From Candidatus Methylomirabilia bacterium (GTDB taxonomy: Bacteria; Methylomirabilota; Methylomirabilia; Rokubacteriales; CSP1-6), in NCBI GenBank assembly GCA_041497895.1, contig JBGQHJ010000049.1, forward strand, positions 1 to 29,869: a stretch of DNA of 29,869 nucleotides, written 5' to 3'. Under the pieces are notes generated by a model. It saw only the letters and a list, made by a program, of their open reading frames with translations, made no database searches and was not told where the DNA came from. Below are positions 1 to 8,628 of the stretch, one piece after another. Every line of letters begins with the position of its first letter. The stretch's first letter is position 1. Position numbers and translations under genes: made by a program.

Positions 1-24
1 GATCCGGTCGAGGCTCCGCTTCAT
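1..24 (-). CDS. 5' end of a gene running off the window; possibly cobalamin-independent methionine synthase II-like family
   Basis: Minus strand reads ATG AAG CGG AGC CTC GAC CGG ATC (MKRSLDRI), preceded by a GGGAGG RBS. This resembles the 'MKRSTDRILTTHxGSL' N-terminus of that family, but only 8 codons are visible. Confidence 0.4.
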
Positions 25-188
25 CGGTGAGGCCCTCCCGGGCGGCATCTTACTCCAAGGCGGAGAGGTCCGGCGAGGTCGGGTGCCCAATGGCTTCATG
101 TCGAGACCCTCCCTCTGCGATCTGCAGCGCACGGCCGCCGCATCGATTCAGACTCTCGAGCGTCAGACGGGCATGGGAGGACGGCGGC

Positions 189-305
189 ATGCTCTACCGC
201 TTGTTGGCGTTTTGGGATCGCTATCGAGCCTTGACGACCGGGGTGGTCATCCTGAGCGTTCTAGGCCTCGGCGCATATCTACTGGAGCATCTCGGGGTTC
301 GGTGA
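189..305 (+). CDS. Small 38-aa single-pass membrane protein
   Basis: GGGAGG RBS at 175-180 and ATG at 189. MLYRLLAFWDRYRALTTGVVILSVLGLGAYLLEHLGVR has one hydrophobic segment. Confidence 0.55.
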   Translation: MLYRLLAFWDRYRALTTGVVILSVLGLGAYLLEHLGVR

Positions 306-317
306 GCCCCCGCGCGG

Positions 318-1988
318 CTAGGGGTGCTCGAGCACGACCTCGCCGCCCACCACGACCAGATCCGCGCGAATGCCCGGGATCGCGTCCTCGGGCACGGTCA
401 GGAGGTCCTGGTCGAGCACCGCGATGTCGGCCAGCTTGCCCACCTCCAGGGTGCCCTTGAGGTCTTCCTCGAAGGTCAGATAGGCGCCCTCGCGGGAGGC
501 GCAGGCGAGCGCCTCCTCGCGCGTGAGGCACTGGTCCGCGCCGACGGGCGCGGTCGCGCCGCGGGGCTTGCGGACGACCGCGTGGTGGATCGCGTCGAAC
601 AGCGACGGCGGCACGTTGTCGGTCGAGAGCGCGACGTGGACGCCCGCCTCGCGGAGCGCGCGCAGGGGCGCGATGCGGGAGGCGCCCGCGGGTCCGAGCT
701 CCCGCGCCAGCATGGACCCGTCCTGCCAGATGTAACGGCCGGTGTAGCTCGTGAGGACCAGGCCGAGGGCCCGGATGCGCTCGATCTCCTCGGGCCCGTA
801 CACGCCGATGTGCTCGATGATCCACCGCCGGTCGGCGATCGGCACCGCCCGATTCACGCGCTCGTAGAGGCCGAGGATGTTCGGCGTGAAGCTGCCGACG
901 CGGACGTGGCTCCGCGCGGCCTCGATCATCATCTCGACCATGACGTCCTCGGGCAGCGCGGCCTTGTACGAGAAGCTCGCCCAGCCGGTGTAGGGGGAGG
1001 TCGTCCCACGCAGCCGGTTCTCCTCCGAGTAGTCCGACTCCGTGTAGAGCCCGCCCACGCGCAGGTACTCGTCCCCGAGGCCGCGACGGGCGAGCCAGGC
1101 GCCCCAGCCGCGCAGGAGCTCGGTCACCCCGGCCGGATCGGCCGACGGCCACGCGGGACTGAACAGCAGGTGAGCCCGCACGCTCGGCCGGCCGCGCTCG
1201 CGCAGCGCCTGATAGGCGGCCAGGACCTCGGCCGAGATGCCGTGGCCCTCGAACACGCTCGTGGTGCCGCACCGGTTGTAGATGCGCATGGACGTGGCGA
1301 GGCCGGCGACCCGGTCCTCGAGCGTGAAGCGTGGCGCCACCGCCATCAGGGTGTGCTCCACCAGCGGCTTGTAGGTGTGCTCGATGAGGACGCCGGTGGG
1401 CTCGCCCCCGGCGTCGCGCTGGATCTCGATGGAGGGCGCGGGGGGCCGGGTGTGGCGGTCGATGCCGGCCCGGGCCAGGGCGCGGGTGTTGGCGATCGAG
1501 ACGATGGGCAGGGTGTTGCGCCAGTGGCCCCAGATCGCGCGGATGTAGACCGGGTGATCGGGCGCGACCCGGTCCAGGTCGTGGCGCGTGGGCCAGCGCT
1601 TCTCGGCGAGGGTGTCGGGCACGCCCTCGTAGAGCGGCGGCTCGCCGATGGGCATGGTCACGATCCACTCGCCGGGGGCCGTGCGGCGCGCCAGCCCGTC
1701 GACGATCTGGAGGATGTCGTCGATCGAGCGGGCGCCGGCCAGCGAGGGCCACTTGAGCTTGAGCCCCTCGCGATCCATGTGGGCGTGGCCATCGAAGAGC
1801 CCGGGCCCCGCGAGCCGGCCGCGCAGGTCGACGCGGCGCGTGTCCGGCCCGATCAGGGGCACGATCTCGTCCTCGCGGCCGAGCGCGGCCACGCGGTCTC
1901 CGCGGACGGCGAGCGCCTCGACGGTGCGGGATCGGGCATCGAGGGTGAGGATCTTGCCGCCGGTGAGGACGAGATCGGCGTGGGACAT
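318..1988 (-). CDS. Metal-dependent amidohydrolase (amidohydrolase_3 / YtcJ-like)
   Basis: N-terminal ADLVLTGGKILT beta-sandwich, PGLFDGHAH metal motif, IEH, STD, and C-terminal GTLEVGKLADIAVLD. Confidence 0.9.
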   Translation of the reverse strand: MSHADLVLTGGKILTLDARSRTVEALAVRGDRVAALGREDEIVPLIGPDTRRVDLRGRLAGPGLFDGHAHMDREGLKLKWPSLAGARSIDDILQIVDGLARRTAPGEWIVTMPIGEPPLYEGVPDTLAEKRWPTRHDLDRVAPDHPVYIRAIWGHWRNTLPIVSIANTRALARAGIDRHTRPPAPSIEIQRDAGGEPTGVLIEHTYKPLVEHTLMAVAPRFTLEDRVAGLATSMRIYNRCGTTSVFEGHGISAEVLAAYQALRERGRPSVRAHLLFSPAWPSADPAGVTELLRGWGAWLARRGLGDEYLRVGGLYTESDYSEENRLRGTTSPYTGWASFSYKAALPEDVMVEMMIEAARSHVRVGSFTPNILGLYERVNRAVPIADRRWIIEHIGVYGPEEIERIRALGLVLTSYTGRYIWQDGSMLARELGPAGASRIAPLRALREAGVHVALSTDNVPPSLFDAIHHAVVRKPRGATAPVGADQCLTREEALACASREGAYLTFEEDLKGTLEVGKLADIAVLDQDLLTVPEDAIPGIRADLVVVGGEVVLEHP

Positions 1989-2109
1989 GGCGCGTATTCA
2001 ACCATCGGCCCCGGGGCCGGTCAACGTCGAGGGCGCCGGACGCCCGTCGTCCGGTGCATAATAGCGACCGCGCGGGGGTGCGGAGGTCAAATCTGCCGTG
2101 GAGGGCGCC

Positions 2110-3312
2110 ATGACGGAGGTTCCAGGCACCGCGGATGTCGTCGTCGTCGGGGGAGGCGTACACGGGGCCAGCGTCGCGTGTCACCTGGCGCGCCGCAAGG
2201 CGGGCCGGGTGGTACTGGTCGAGCGAAAGTTCCTCGCCTCGGGGCCCACGGGACGGTCGTCCGCGCTGGTGCGCCGCTTCTACGCCTGGGATTTTCTCAC
2301 CCGGACCGCGAGCGCTTCGGCCGACACCTTCCAGCACTGGGCCGACGTGATCGGCGGCGCCGACGAGCCTGGCTTCCGGCAGGTCGGGGCGCTCTGGCTG
2401 GCCGGCGCGGACACGGCGCCGCACCTGCGCGAGAACGTGCGGCGGGCCCGGGAGCTGGGCGTCCGCGTGGATCTCCTGGCGCCGGCCGACGTCCAGCGCC
2501 TGGTCCCGGAGCTGTCGGTGGACGACGTGGTGGCGGGCGCGTACGAGCCCGAGTCCGGTTACGCGGACCCGTCGTCCACCACGAACGCGCTCGTCGGTCG
2601 GGCGCGGGAGCTTGGGGCGACCATCGTGCAGTACGAGACGGTGGAGGGGATCGTCACCGACGGGCCGCGGGTGACCGGCGTCCGCACCGCGCGAGGGGCC
2701 ATCAGCGCTCCCGCGGTCGTGGTCTGCGCGGGTCTCTGGGCCGATCGCCTGCTGCGGCCGCTCGGCATCGAGGTGCCGGTGACGCCGAAGCGCCACCAGA
2801 TGTGCTTCTTCCGGCGCCCAGCCCAGTTCGTCTCGCACCCGGCCATCCTCGACCGGCCGCACGGTACCTACATGCGCCCCGAGACCGGAAACCTCACCAT
2901 CCACGGCCTGTCCACCTACGAGGACGTGGTCGATCCCGACTCCTACAACGAAGGGGCCGACCCGGGCGAGATCGTCCGCAACGCCGAGCTGATCGCGCGG
3001 CGGTTCCCGTGCATGGAGCACGGCCTGTCGATGGGCGGCTACTCCGGGGTCTACGACGTCACGCCCGACCACGAGCCGGTGCTCGGCGCCATCCCGGAGT
3101 ACGCGGGGCTGTTCGCCGACTTCGGCTGGAGCGGGCACGGGTTCAAGCACGCGCCGGCGGTGGGCGACATCATGGCGGAGCTGGTCCTCGAGGGGCGGGC
3201 GGCGGGCTGGGACCTCGGCCCGCTGCGCTGGACGCGCTTCCGCGAGGGCGATCTCCTGCCGCCCGCCTCCGGCGCCTCGCCACCCCACCCGAAGCTCCGG
3301 AGGGCGTCATGA
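2110..3312 (+). CDS. FAD-dependent oxidoreductase (DAO / sarcosine oxidase beta-like)
   Basis: VVVVGGGVHG Rossmann motif, ASGPTGRSSA, and C-terminal GWSGHGFKHAPAVG. GGAGG precedes ATG 2110. Confidence 0.9.
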   Translation: MTEVPGTADVVVVGGGVHGASVACHLARRKAGRVVLVERKFLASGPTGRSSALVRRFYAWDFLTRTASASADTFQHWADVIGGADEPGFRQVGALWLAGADTAPHLRENVRRARELGVRVDLLAPADVQRLVPELSVDDVVAGAYEPESGYADPSSTTNALVGRARELGATIVQYETVEGIVTDGPRVTGVRTARGAISAPAVVVCAGLWADRLLRPLGIEVPVTPKRHQMCFFRRPAQFVSHPAILDRPHGTYMRPETGNLTIHGLSTYEDVVDPDSYNEGADPGEIVRNAELIARRFPCMEHGLSMGGYSGVYDVTPDHEPVLGAIPEYAGLFADFGWSGHGFKHAPAVGDIMAELVLEGRAAGWDLGPLRWTRFREGDLLPPASGASPPHPKLRRAS

Positions 3313-4316
3313 ACTTCGGCCTGATCGTCTCCAAGCAGCATCCCGCCGGCGTGTCCATGGTCGATCGCTTCCGCGAGCACATCGACCAGGTCCGGGCCGC
3401 CCGCGACGCGGGCTTCGACCTCATCGTGATGGGCCAGCACTTCCTGTCGACGCCGTTCCAGGAGCTGCAGAGCCTGCCCGCGCTCGCCCGGCTCGCCGCC
3501 GAGGCGGGGACGATGCGGGTGGGCGCGACGGTGATCCTGCTCCCGCTGCTGAATCCGGTGGACGTGGCCGAGCAGGTGGCCACGCTCGACGTCATCACCG
3601 AGGGGCGGTTCGTCTTCGGCGTGGGCCTGGGCTATCGTGACGTGGAGAACGAGGCGTTCGGGGTGGCGCCCAAGGAGCGAGTGGGGCGCCTGGTGGAGAG
3701 CCTGGAGGTCATCCAGCGGCTGTGGTCGGGTGAGGAGGTCACGCATCACGGGCGCTTCTTCCACCTCACCGGCGCCCGCACGATGCTGCGCCCGGTGCAG
3801 CGGCCCCACCCGCCCATCTGGTTCGCCGCCAACAACGACGCGGCGGTGGTCCGCGCGGCGCGGCTGGGCGACGCCTGGGTCATCAACCCGCACGCCAAGC
3901 TCGCGGTACTCGAGCGCCAGATGGCCGTCTATCGTCAGGCCCTGCGCGACGCGGGCCGCCCGTTCCCGGCGGAGCTGCCCATCATCAAGGAGCTGTACGT
4001 CGCGCCCGACCGCCGCACCGCCCTGCGGGAGTGCCGGCCCTTCCTCGAGGCGAAGTACAAGGCTTACGCGTCGTGGGGCCAGGACAAGGCCCTGCCCGAG
4101 GGCGACAGCTTCTCCCCCGAGTTCGAAGAGCTGGTGGCGGACCGCTTCATCGTGGGCGACCCCGACGACGTGGTGCGCGATATCGAGCGCCACGCGGAGC
4201 GCCTCGGGGCCAACTGCTTCATCTTCCGGATCCAGTGGCCGGGCATGGAGCAGGCCAAGGTGCTGCGGACCATCAAGCTTCTCGCGGAGCGCGTGATCCC
4301 CGCGCTACGGCCGTAG
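3309..4316 (+). CDS. LLM-class (luciferase-like) flavin-dependent oxidoreductase
   Basis: ATGA overlap with the upstream stop. Motifs GFDLIVMGQHF, PVDVAEQVATLDVITEGRFVFGVGLGYR and RPVQRPHPPIW. Confidence 0.92.
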   Translation: MNFGLIVSKQHPAGVSMVDRFREHIDQVRAARDAGFDLIVMGQHFLSTPFQELQSLPALARLAAEAGTMRVGATVILLPLLNPVDVAEQVATLDVITEGRFVFGVGLGYRDVENEAFGVAPKERVGRLVESLEVIQRLWSGEEVTHHGRFFHLTGARTMLRPVQRPHPPIWFAANNDAAVVRAARLGDAWVINPHAKLAVLERQMAVYRQALRDAGRPFPAELPIIKELYVAPDRRTALRECRPFLEAKYKAYASWGQDKALPEGDSFSPEFEELVADRFIVGDPDDVVRDIERHAERLGANCFIFRIQWPGMEQAKVLRTIKLLAERVIPALRP

Positions 4317-4321
4317 CGGCG

Positions 4322-4726
4322 ATGGCCAGCACCGGTCGTCTCACGGTCCGCGGGTTCCTCGCTCGGTTCGCTTTCGCCCTGCTTGTCACCGGCGCCACCT
4401 ACAACCCCACCCAGTACTCGTACTATGCGTGGGCGAGGAACACCGGCTGGCAGTGGCGTCCACCGATCGTGTTCGTGGGGGTCGTGCTGCTGATCGGATG
4501 GGTCATCTGCCTGCGCCTGACCCTGCGCTCGATCGGAGGGCTCGGCCTGCTCCTGGCCAACGCGTTCCTGGCCGCCCTGTTCTGGCTCTTCGCCTACTGG
4601 GGCTGGCTGCCCATCGAGAACACCGCCGCCATCTCCTGGATCGGCCTGTTCGGCGTCACCACCATCCTCGCGGTCGGCATGTCGTGGGCGCATCTGCGCC
4701 GCGGCACCCCCGCCGCGCCCGGGTAA
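4322..4726 (+). CDS. Small multi-pass membrane protein (DUF6524-like)
   Basis: ATYNPTQYSYYAW motif, about 4 hydrophobic segments and C-terminal GMSWAHLRR. Family assigned from recall, not from a search. Confidence 0.7.
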   Translation: MASTGRLTVRGFLARFAFALLVTGATYNPTQYSYYAWARNTGWQWRPPIVFVGVVLLIGWVICLRLTLRSIGGLGLLLANAFLAALFWLFAYWGWLPIENTAAISWIGLFGVTTILAVGMSWAHLRRGTPAAPG

Positions 4727-4737
4727 GCGGCCGGACC

Positions 4738-6213
4738 ATGGGGGCACGGTCGGGCGAGCAATTCCTGCAAGGACTGCGCAGCACCAAGCGTCAGCTGTGG
4801 CTCGAGGGAGAGCGCGTGGGCGACGTGACCACGCACCCGGCCCTCGCGGGCGCGGCGCAGACGCTGGCCGGCGTCTTCGACCGGCTCCACGCGTTTCCCG
4901 ACGAGTGCCTGGTCCCGGATCCCGAGACCGGTGAGCCGCTCAACGTCGGGCACGTGATCCCACGCTCGGTCGAGGACCTGAAGCACCGCAACCGGGGCCT
5001 CGCGCGCATCGCGGAGGCCACCGTCGGCCTCATGGGCCGTACCCCGGACTACATGAACGTGAAGTTCGCGAGCTTCGCGTCGCGCTGGAAGGACTGGCTC
5101 GGCGCGGACGGGGGGAACGAGGAGGGGGCGCGCAACCTGGTGGCGTTCCAGAAGCGGCTCGCCCGGGAGGACATCTCGCTCACCCACACGATCATCCATC
5201 CGACCATCGACAAGTCGACCGATTCGCAGATCGTGGGCAACCGGGTACCGGTCCACAAGGTCGGCGAGACCCGGACCGGCGTCGTGGTGCGCGGCGCGCG
5301 CATCCTGGCCACGCTGGCGCCGTTCGCCGACGAGATCGCGGTCTACCCGGCGCACCCGCTGCCTCCCGGGGCCGAGGCCTACGCCCTGGCCTTCTCGATC
5401 CGGGTGGATACCCCGGGACTCCTGTTCATGTGCCGCGACAGCGCGAGCGCGCCCGGCGCGGGCGTGTTCGACCGACCGCTCTCGACCCGCTTCGACGAGC
5501 AGGACGCCTTCGTGATCTTCGACGACGTCGAGATCCCACGCGAGCGGCTGTTCCTCGACGGCCGCATCGACCTGTACAACACCGTCACGACCACCGGCCT
5601 GCGCGACAACCTGACGAACCAGACCACGGTCCGCGCGCTCACCAAGCTCGAGTTCGCCTACGGGCTTGCCACCCGCATGGCCGAGGCGATCGGCGACGCG
5701 AGCCCGGCCACGCAGGAGATGCTGGGGGAGCTCCTCGACTACGTCGAGGTCACCCGCAGCGCAGTGCTCCTCTCCGCGGAGCACGGGCGGCACATCGGCG
5801 ACGGGGTGTGGTTCCCCGACGGTCGTCCCCTCGCTCCGATGCGGTCGCTCTTGGCGACGTGGTTCCCCCGGGTGAACGAGATCATCATGCTGATCGGCAG
5901 CCACAACCTGCTGGCCGCTCCGAGCCGGCGGCAGCTGGACGACCGGGGCCTCCGCCCCCTGATCGACGAGTTCCTGTCAGGGGCCAAGGGGGTCGACGCC
6001 GAGGAGCGCGCGGCCTTGTTCCGCCTCGCCTGGGACTTCGTCGGCTCGAGCCTCGCCGGCCGGAACGTCCTCTACGAGCGCTTCTATCTCACCTCGGCGG
6101 CGCGCAACCGCATCACCCACCACGTCCGAAACGTCGACCGGACCCGCGCCTACGCGCTGGTCGACGGGATCCTGGCGGCCGGACGCAAGACGGGCCGGCT
6201 CGGAGAAGGGTAG
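4738..6213 (+). CDS. 4-hydroxyphenylacetate 3-hydroxylase (HpaB) family flavin-dependent monooxygenase, oxygenase component
   Basis: Motifs GLMGRTPDY, VRGARILATLAP, RFDEQDAFVIFDDV, LFRLAWD and LYERFY. Confidence 0.9.
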   Translation: MGARSGEQFLQGLRSTKRQLWLEGERVGDVTTHPALAGAAQTLAGVFDRLHAFPDECLVPDPETGEPLNVGHVIPRSVEDLKHRNRGLARIAEATVGLMGRTPDYMNVKFASFASRWKDWLGADGGNEEGARNLVAFQKRLAREDISLTHTIIHPTIDKSTDSQIVGNRVPVHKVGETRTGVVVRGARILATLAPFADEIAVYPAHPLPPGAEAYALAFSIRVDTPGLLFMCRDSASAPGAGVFDRPLSTRFDEQDAFVIFDDVEIPRERLFLDGRIDLYNTVTTTGLRDNLTNQTTVRALTKLEFAYGLATRMAEAIGDASPATQEMLGELLDYVEVTRSAVLLSAEHGRHIGDGVWFPDGRPLAPMRSLLATWFPRVNEIIMLIGSHNLLAAPSRRQLDDRGLRPLIDEFLSGAKGVDAEERAALFRLAWDFVGSSLAGRNVLYERFYLTSAARNRITHHVRNVDRTRAYALVDGILAAGRKTGRLGEG

Positions 6214-6325
6214 CCTTCCGGGCCGGGGCGCACGCGCCCCAGGAGAGGCCGGCCCGCCGCAAGCAGCGCCGGAGGCGCGTCGCACACCATCGCGCCGTAT
6301 CGCGGCCTTGCGTCCCGCGCGGGGC

Positions 6326-6341
6326 GGGTACGACTCTTGCT
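6326..6341 (+). promoter_or_regulatory. Putative sigma54 (-24/-12) promoter
   Basis: GGGTACGACTCTTGCT has GG(6327-28)-N10-GC(6339-40), close to the TGGCACG-N4-TTGCW consensus, about 30 nt before ATG 6370. Confidence 0.6.
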
Positions 6342-6369
6342 GCCCTCCTCCGACAGAGGAGGAGAGGTC

Positions 6370-6714
6370 ATGGTGAAGCGCTGGTGTGCGCGGTCGGTGG
6401 TCCTGTTCACCAGTGTTCTCGTCACCGCCTGTGCGGCCGAGGAAGCGCCCGCGGAGACGGCGGTCAGGGCGGCCGAGAGGCCGGTGGCCGCCGCCGTCGC
6501 CGAGGCGTCGAGCATCAACCTGAACAGCGCCACGCAGCGGGAGCTCGAATCGCTGCGCGGCATCGGGCCCGCGACGGCCAAGCGGATCATCCGCAACCGC
6601 CCGTATGCCTCCACCGCGGAGCTGTCCCGCGCGGAGGTGGCCGGGCCGATCATCGAGCTGATCAGCTCCCGGGTGACGGTCGGGCCGGCCCCCGGGCAGC
6701 CCGGCACCAAGTGA
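6370..6714 (+). CDS. Exported helix-hairpin-helix (ComEA-like) protein
   Basis: Strong GAGGAGGAG RBS, signal peptide or possible lipobox (LVTAC), and INLNSATQRELESLRGIGPATAKRII HhH motif. Confidence 0.85.
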   Translation: MVKRWCARSVVLFTSVLVTACAAEEAPAETAVRAAERPVAAAVAEASSINLNSATQRELESLRGIGPATAKRIIRNRPYASTAELSRAEVAGPIIELISSRVTVGPAPGQPGTK

Positions 6715-6742
6715 ACGCCGGCCCGGCTTGGAGGGGCTAGAA

Positions 6743-7012
6743 ATGCCAAGGAAGATCGTTGCTCGCATTGCAGTGCCCGCGCTGCTCTTCACCGCCTTCA
6801 CGCTCGGCTATGTGTGCGGCTCCGTGGGGCTGCCGCCGGCCAGCGCCCAGCTTCCCGGAGGGCTCCTCGACAAGGCCGGCCAGGCCGGCAACCCCCTCGC
6901 AGCGGCCAGCCAGCTCGGCTCCTCGATCGCGGACATGGAGCAGCACGTCAGCGGCCTCCAGAAGAACCTGGACACCCTCAAGAAGATCCAGTCCGCCCTC
7001 ACGGGCAAGTGA
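6743..7012 (+). CDS. Hypothetical membrane-anchored or secreted protein with a C-terminal coiled coil
   Basis: GGAGG RBS, hydrophobic N-terminus, heptad-like IADMEQHVSGLQKNLDTLKKIQ, GC-rich third codon positions. Confidence 0.75.
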   Translation: MPRKIVARIAVPALLFTAFTLGYVCGSVGLPPASAQLPGGLLDKAGQAGNPLAAASQLGSSIADMEQHVSGLQKNLDTLKKIQSALTGK

Positions 7013-7020
7013 GATCTCGC

Positions 7021-7056
7021 CGGCCAGCGGACGCCCGTGACGGGCGCCGCTGGCCG
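7021..7056 (+). terminator. GC-rich hairpin after the 6370-7012 unit
   Basis: CGGCCAGCGG/CCGCTGGCCG perfect 10-bp stem plus inner CGCCCG/CGGGCG stem. No U-tract. Confidence 0.45.
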
Positions 7057-7227
7057 AGCCCACCGAGCAGCTCTCCTTCCCCCTGGCGCAAGCGCAGCGC
7101 CTGCTCTGATGCGTTCGCATGCCGTGCCCACGCGCGAGTGTGGCGACGACGCCCCGCTGGGCCAGCTTCGCCCCACCGTCAAGTTCGCTCGTTCACGTGT
7201 TTCCGCGGAGATACCGCGGCGTCTTCC

Positions 7228-7243
7228 GGGCAATGTTCTTGCA
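7228..7243 (+). promoter_or_regulatory. Putative sigma54 (-24/-12) promoter
   Basis: GGGCAATGTTCTTGCA has GG(7229-30)-N10-GC(7241-42), upstream of the collagen-OmpA gene. Confidence 0.5.
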
Positions 7244-7392
7244 CGTTGCTTCGGCATCCGAATCAACTTGACCACGCCATTCATCTGCGACCGGGAAGGG
7301 AGGGATGCTGCCACGCACTCGGTGATCTCGGTGGAGGTGATCTTGGTAGACAGGTTTGCCGCGAGCGAAGGTGACTTAAGGGGAGGACCGAC

Positions 7393-8022
7393 ATGAAGCG
7401 CCTCGTGTACTTTGCAGTAGCAGCCCTGGTCGCCGCCGGCTGCACGGCGAGACCGGTGGGCGGCGCGGATGGATGGAAGGTCTATGGCCCGGCGGGATCC
7501 GCGGGGCCGGCGGGAGCGGTGGGAGTTGCCGGGATTCCAGGTCCTCAGGGCCCGATGGGACCGGCCGGACCTCCAGGAACGCAGGGTGTGGCTGGTCTGC
7601 AAGGACCTGTCGGCCCGGCCGGAGTGAACGGTGCGGACCTGAAGTGGGCGCGCTTCAGCGACATCCAGTTCGACCTGAACCGGGCTGATCTCCGGTCTGC
7701 GGAGGCGGGCAAGGTCGAGCAGCTGGCGACGTATCTCAAGCAGAATCCGTCGTTCCGGGTGGAGATCGAGGGGTTCGCGGATCCCCGCGGCTCTCAGGCC
7801 TACAACATCAAGCTGAGCACCCAGCGCGTGAACGCCGTTCGCGACGCGCTGATCGCGCAGGGAGTGTCGCAGGACCGCATCCTGATCGGCGCCTACGGCA
7901 AGCTGAATCGCAAGACCGAGGGGACGGGTGAGATGGCCTGGCAGCAGGACCGGCGCGTCGAAGTGATCGTGCTCCCGATGGGCGCGCCCACCACGACCTC
8001 ATTCACCACCAACGGTAAGTAG
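7393..8022 (+). CDS. Lipoprotein with a collagen-like Gly-X-Y segment and a C-terminal OmpA/Pal peptidoglycan-binding domain
   Basis: Lipobox VAAGC, 17 G-X-Y triplets, and OmpA motifs [29 protein letters not shown] and DRRVEV. Confidence 0.92.
   Translation: MKRLVYFAVAALVAAGCTARPVGGADGWKVYGPAGSAGPAGAVGVAGIPGPQGPMGPAGPPGTQGVAGLQGPVGPAGVNGADLKWARFSDIQFDLNRADLRSAEAGKVEQLATYLKQNPSFRVEIEGFADPRGSQAYNIKLSTQRVNAVRDALIAQGVSQDRILIGAYGKLNRKTEGTGEMAWQQDRRVEVIVLPMGAPTTTSFTTNGK
7486..7638 (+). repeat. Collagen-like (Gly-X-Y)17 coding repeat
   Basis: [51 protein letters not shown]. Confidence 0.95.
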
Positions 8023-8048
8023 GCGCTGGGCCGGTGGAGGACACTGAC

Positions 8049-8495
8049 ATGTTGAGACATCTAATGACCGGGCTGACGGCGGCCGCGCTCGTGATCGCGG
8101 TCGCCGGATGTAGTTCGACCAGCTCGACGATGCCCCGCTGGGGCTACGCCGGTCCGCCGCCGCTGTTCGCGCACGGTGACGGGTACGTCGAGGATCAGAC
8201 TGCTACTGGACCAATTCCCTGGTGGGGCCAGGGTACGAACGTGCCGGGCTCTCGCCGCTACGCGGACTGGCCCGGGGTGACTGAGGAGTGGTACACGTTT
8301 GCCGGGCCGGCCGGGGTGGCCGGCCAGCCAGGACTCGCAGGGCTTCAGGGCCCTGCGGGACCTGCCGGACCCGCCGGGCCTCCAGGGCCGGCCGGGGCGC
8401 CGGGACCGGTCGGGCCGGTGGGCGAGCAGGGGCCTCCTGGACAGCCGGGGATGCTGCTGGGCATTCAGGGCGACCAGGCCAGCCTGAGTCGCTGA
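8049..8495 (+). CDS. Collagen-like lipoprotein
   Basis: GGAGG RBS, lipobox AVAGC, a Trp/Pro-rich segment and then 17 G-X-Y triplets. Confidence 0.85.
   Translation: MLRHLMTGLTAAALVIAVAGCSSTSSTMPRWGYAGPPPLFAHGDGYVEDQTATGPIPWWGQGTNVPGSRRYADWPGVTEEWYTFAGPAGVAGQPGLAGLQGPAGPAGPAGPPGPAGAPGPVGPVGEQGPPGQPGMLLGIQGDQASLSR
8304..8456 (+). repeat. Collagen-like (Gly-X-Y)17 coding repeat
   Basis: [51 protein letters not shown]. Confidence 0.95.
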
Positions 8496-8628
8496 CCCAC
8501 GCGATGTGCGCTTGAAGCACCGCGGTCGGGAGCGAGAGCCAGTCCGGCTCGTCCTCCCGCCCGCGGGGGCCGGTCACGCTAAACCCTGACTGACGTCGCG
8601 GGATCCGATTCGCGACGAGGAGGTTCTC

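Noticed and set aside
247..3288. Very long ORFs in the track (247..3288 -, 14997..17255 +, 21438..23108 +, and the 5' parts of 324..4316 and 24822..28268)
   Set aside because: These are antisense or off-frame shadows of well-supported genes, expected in high-GC DNA, and they carry no domain motifs.
7037..7396. 119-aa ORF upstream of the collagen-OmpA gene
   Set aside because: It has atypical codon usage and no RBS, and it overlaps a hairpin and a predicted promoter, so it is treated as intergenic. No riboswitch was recognised there.
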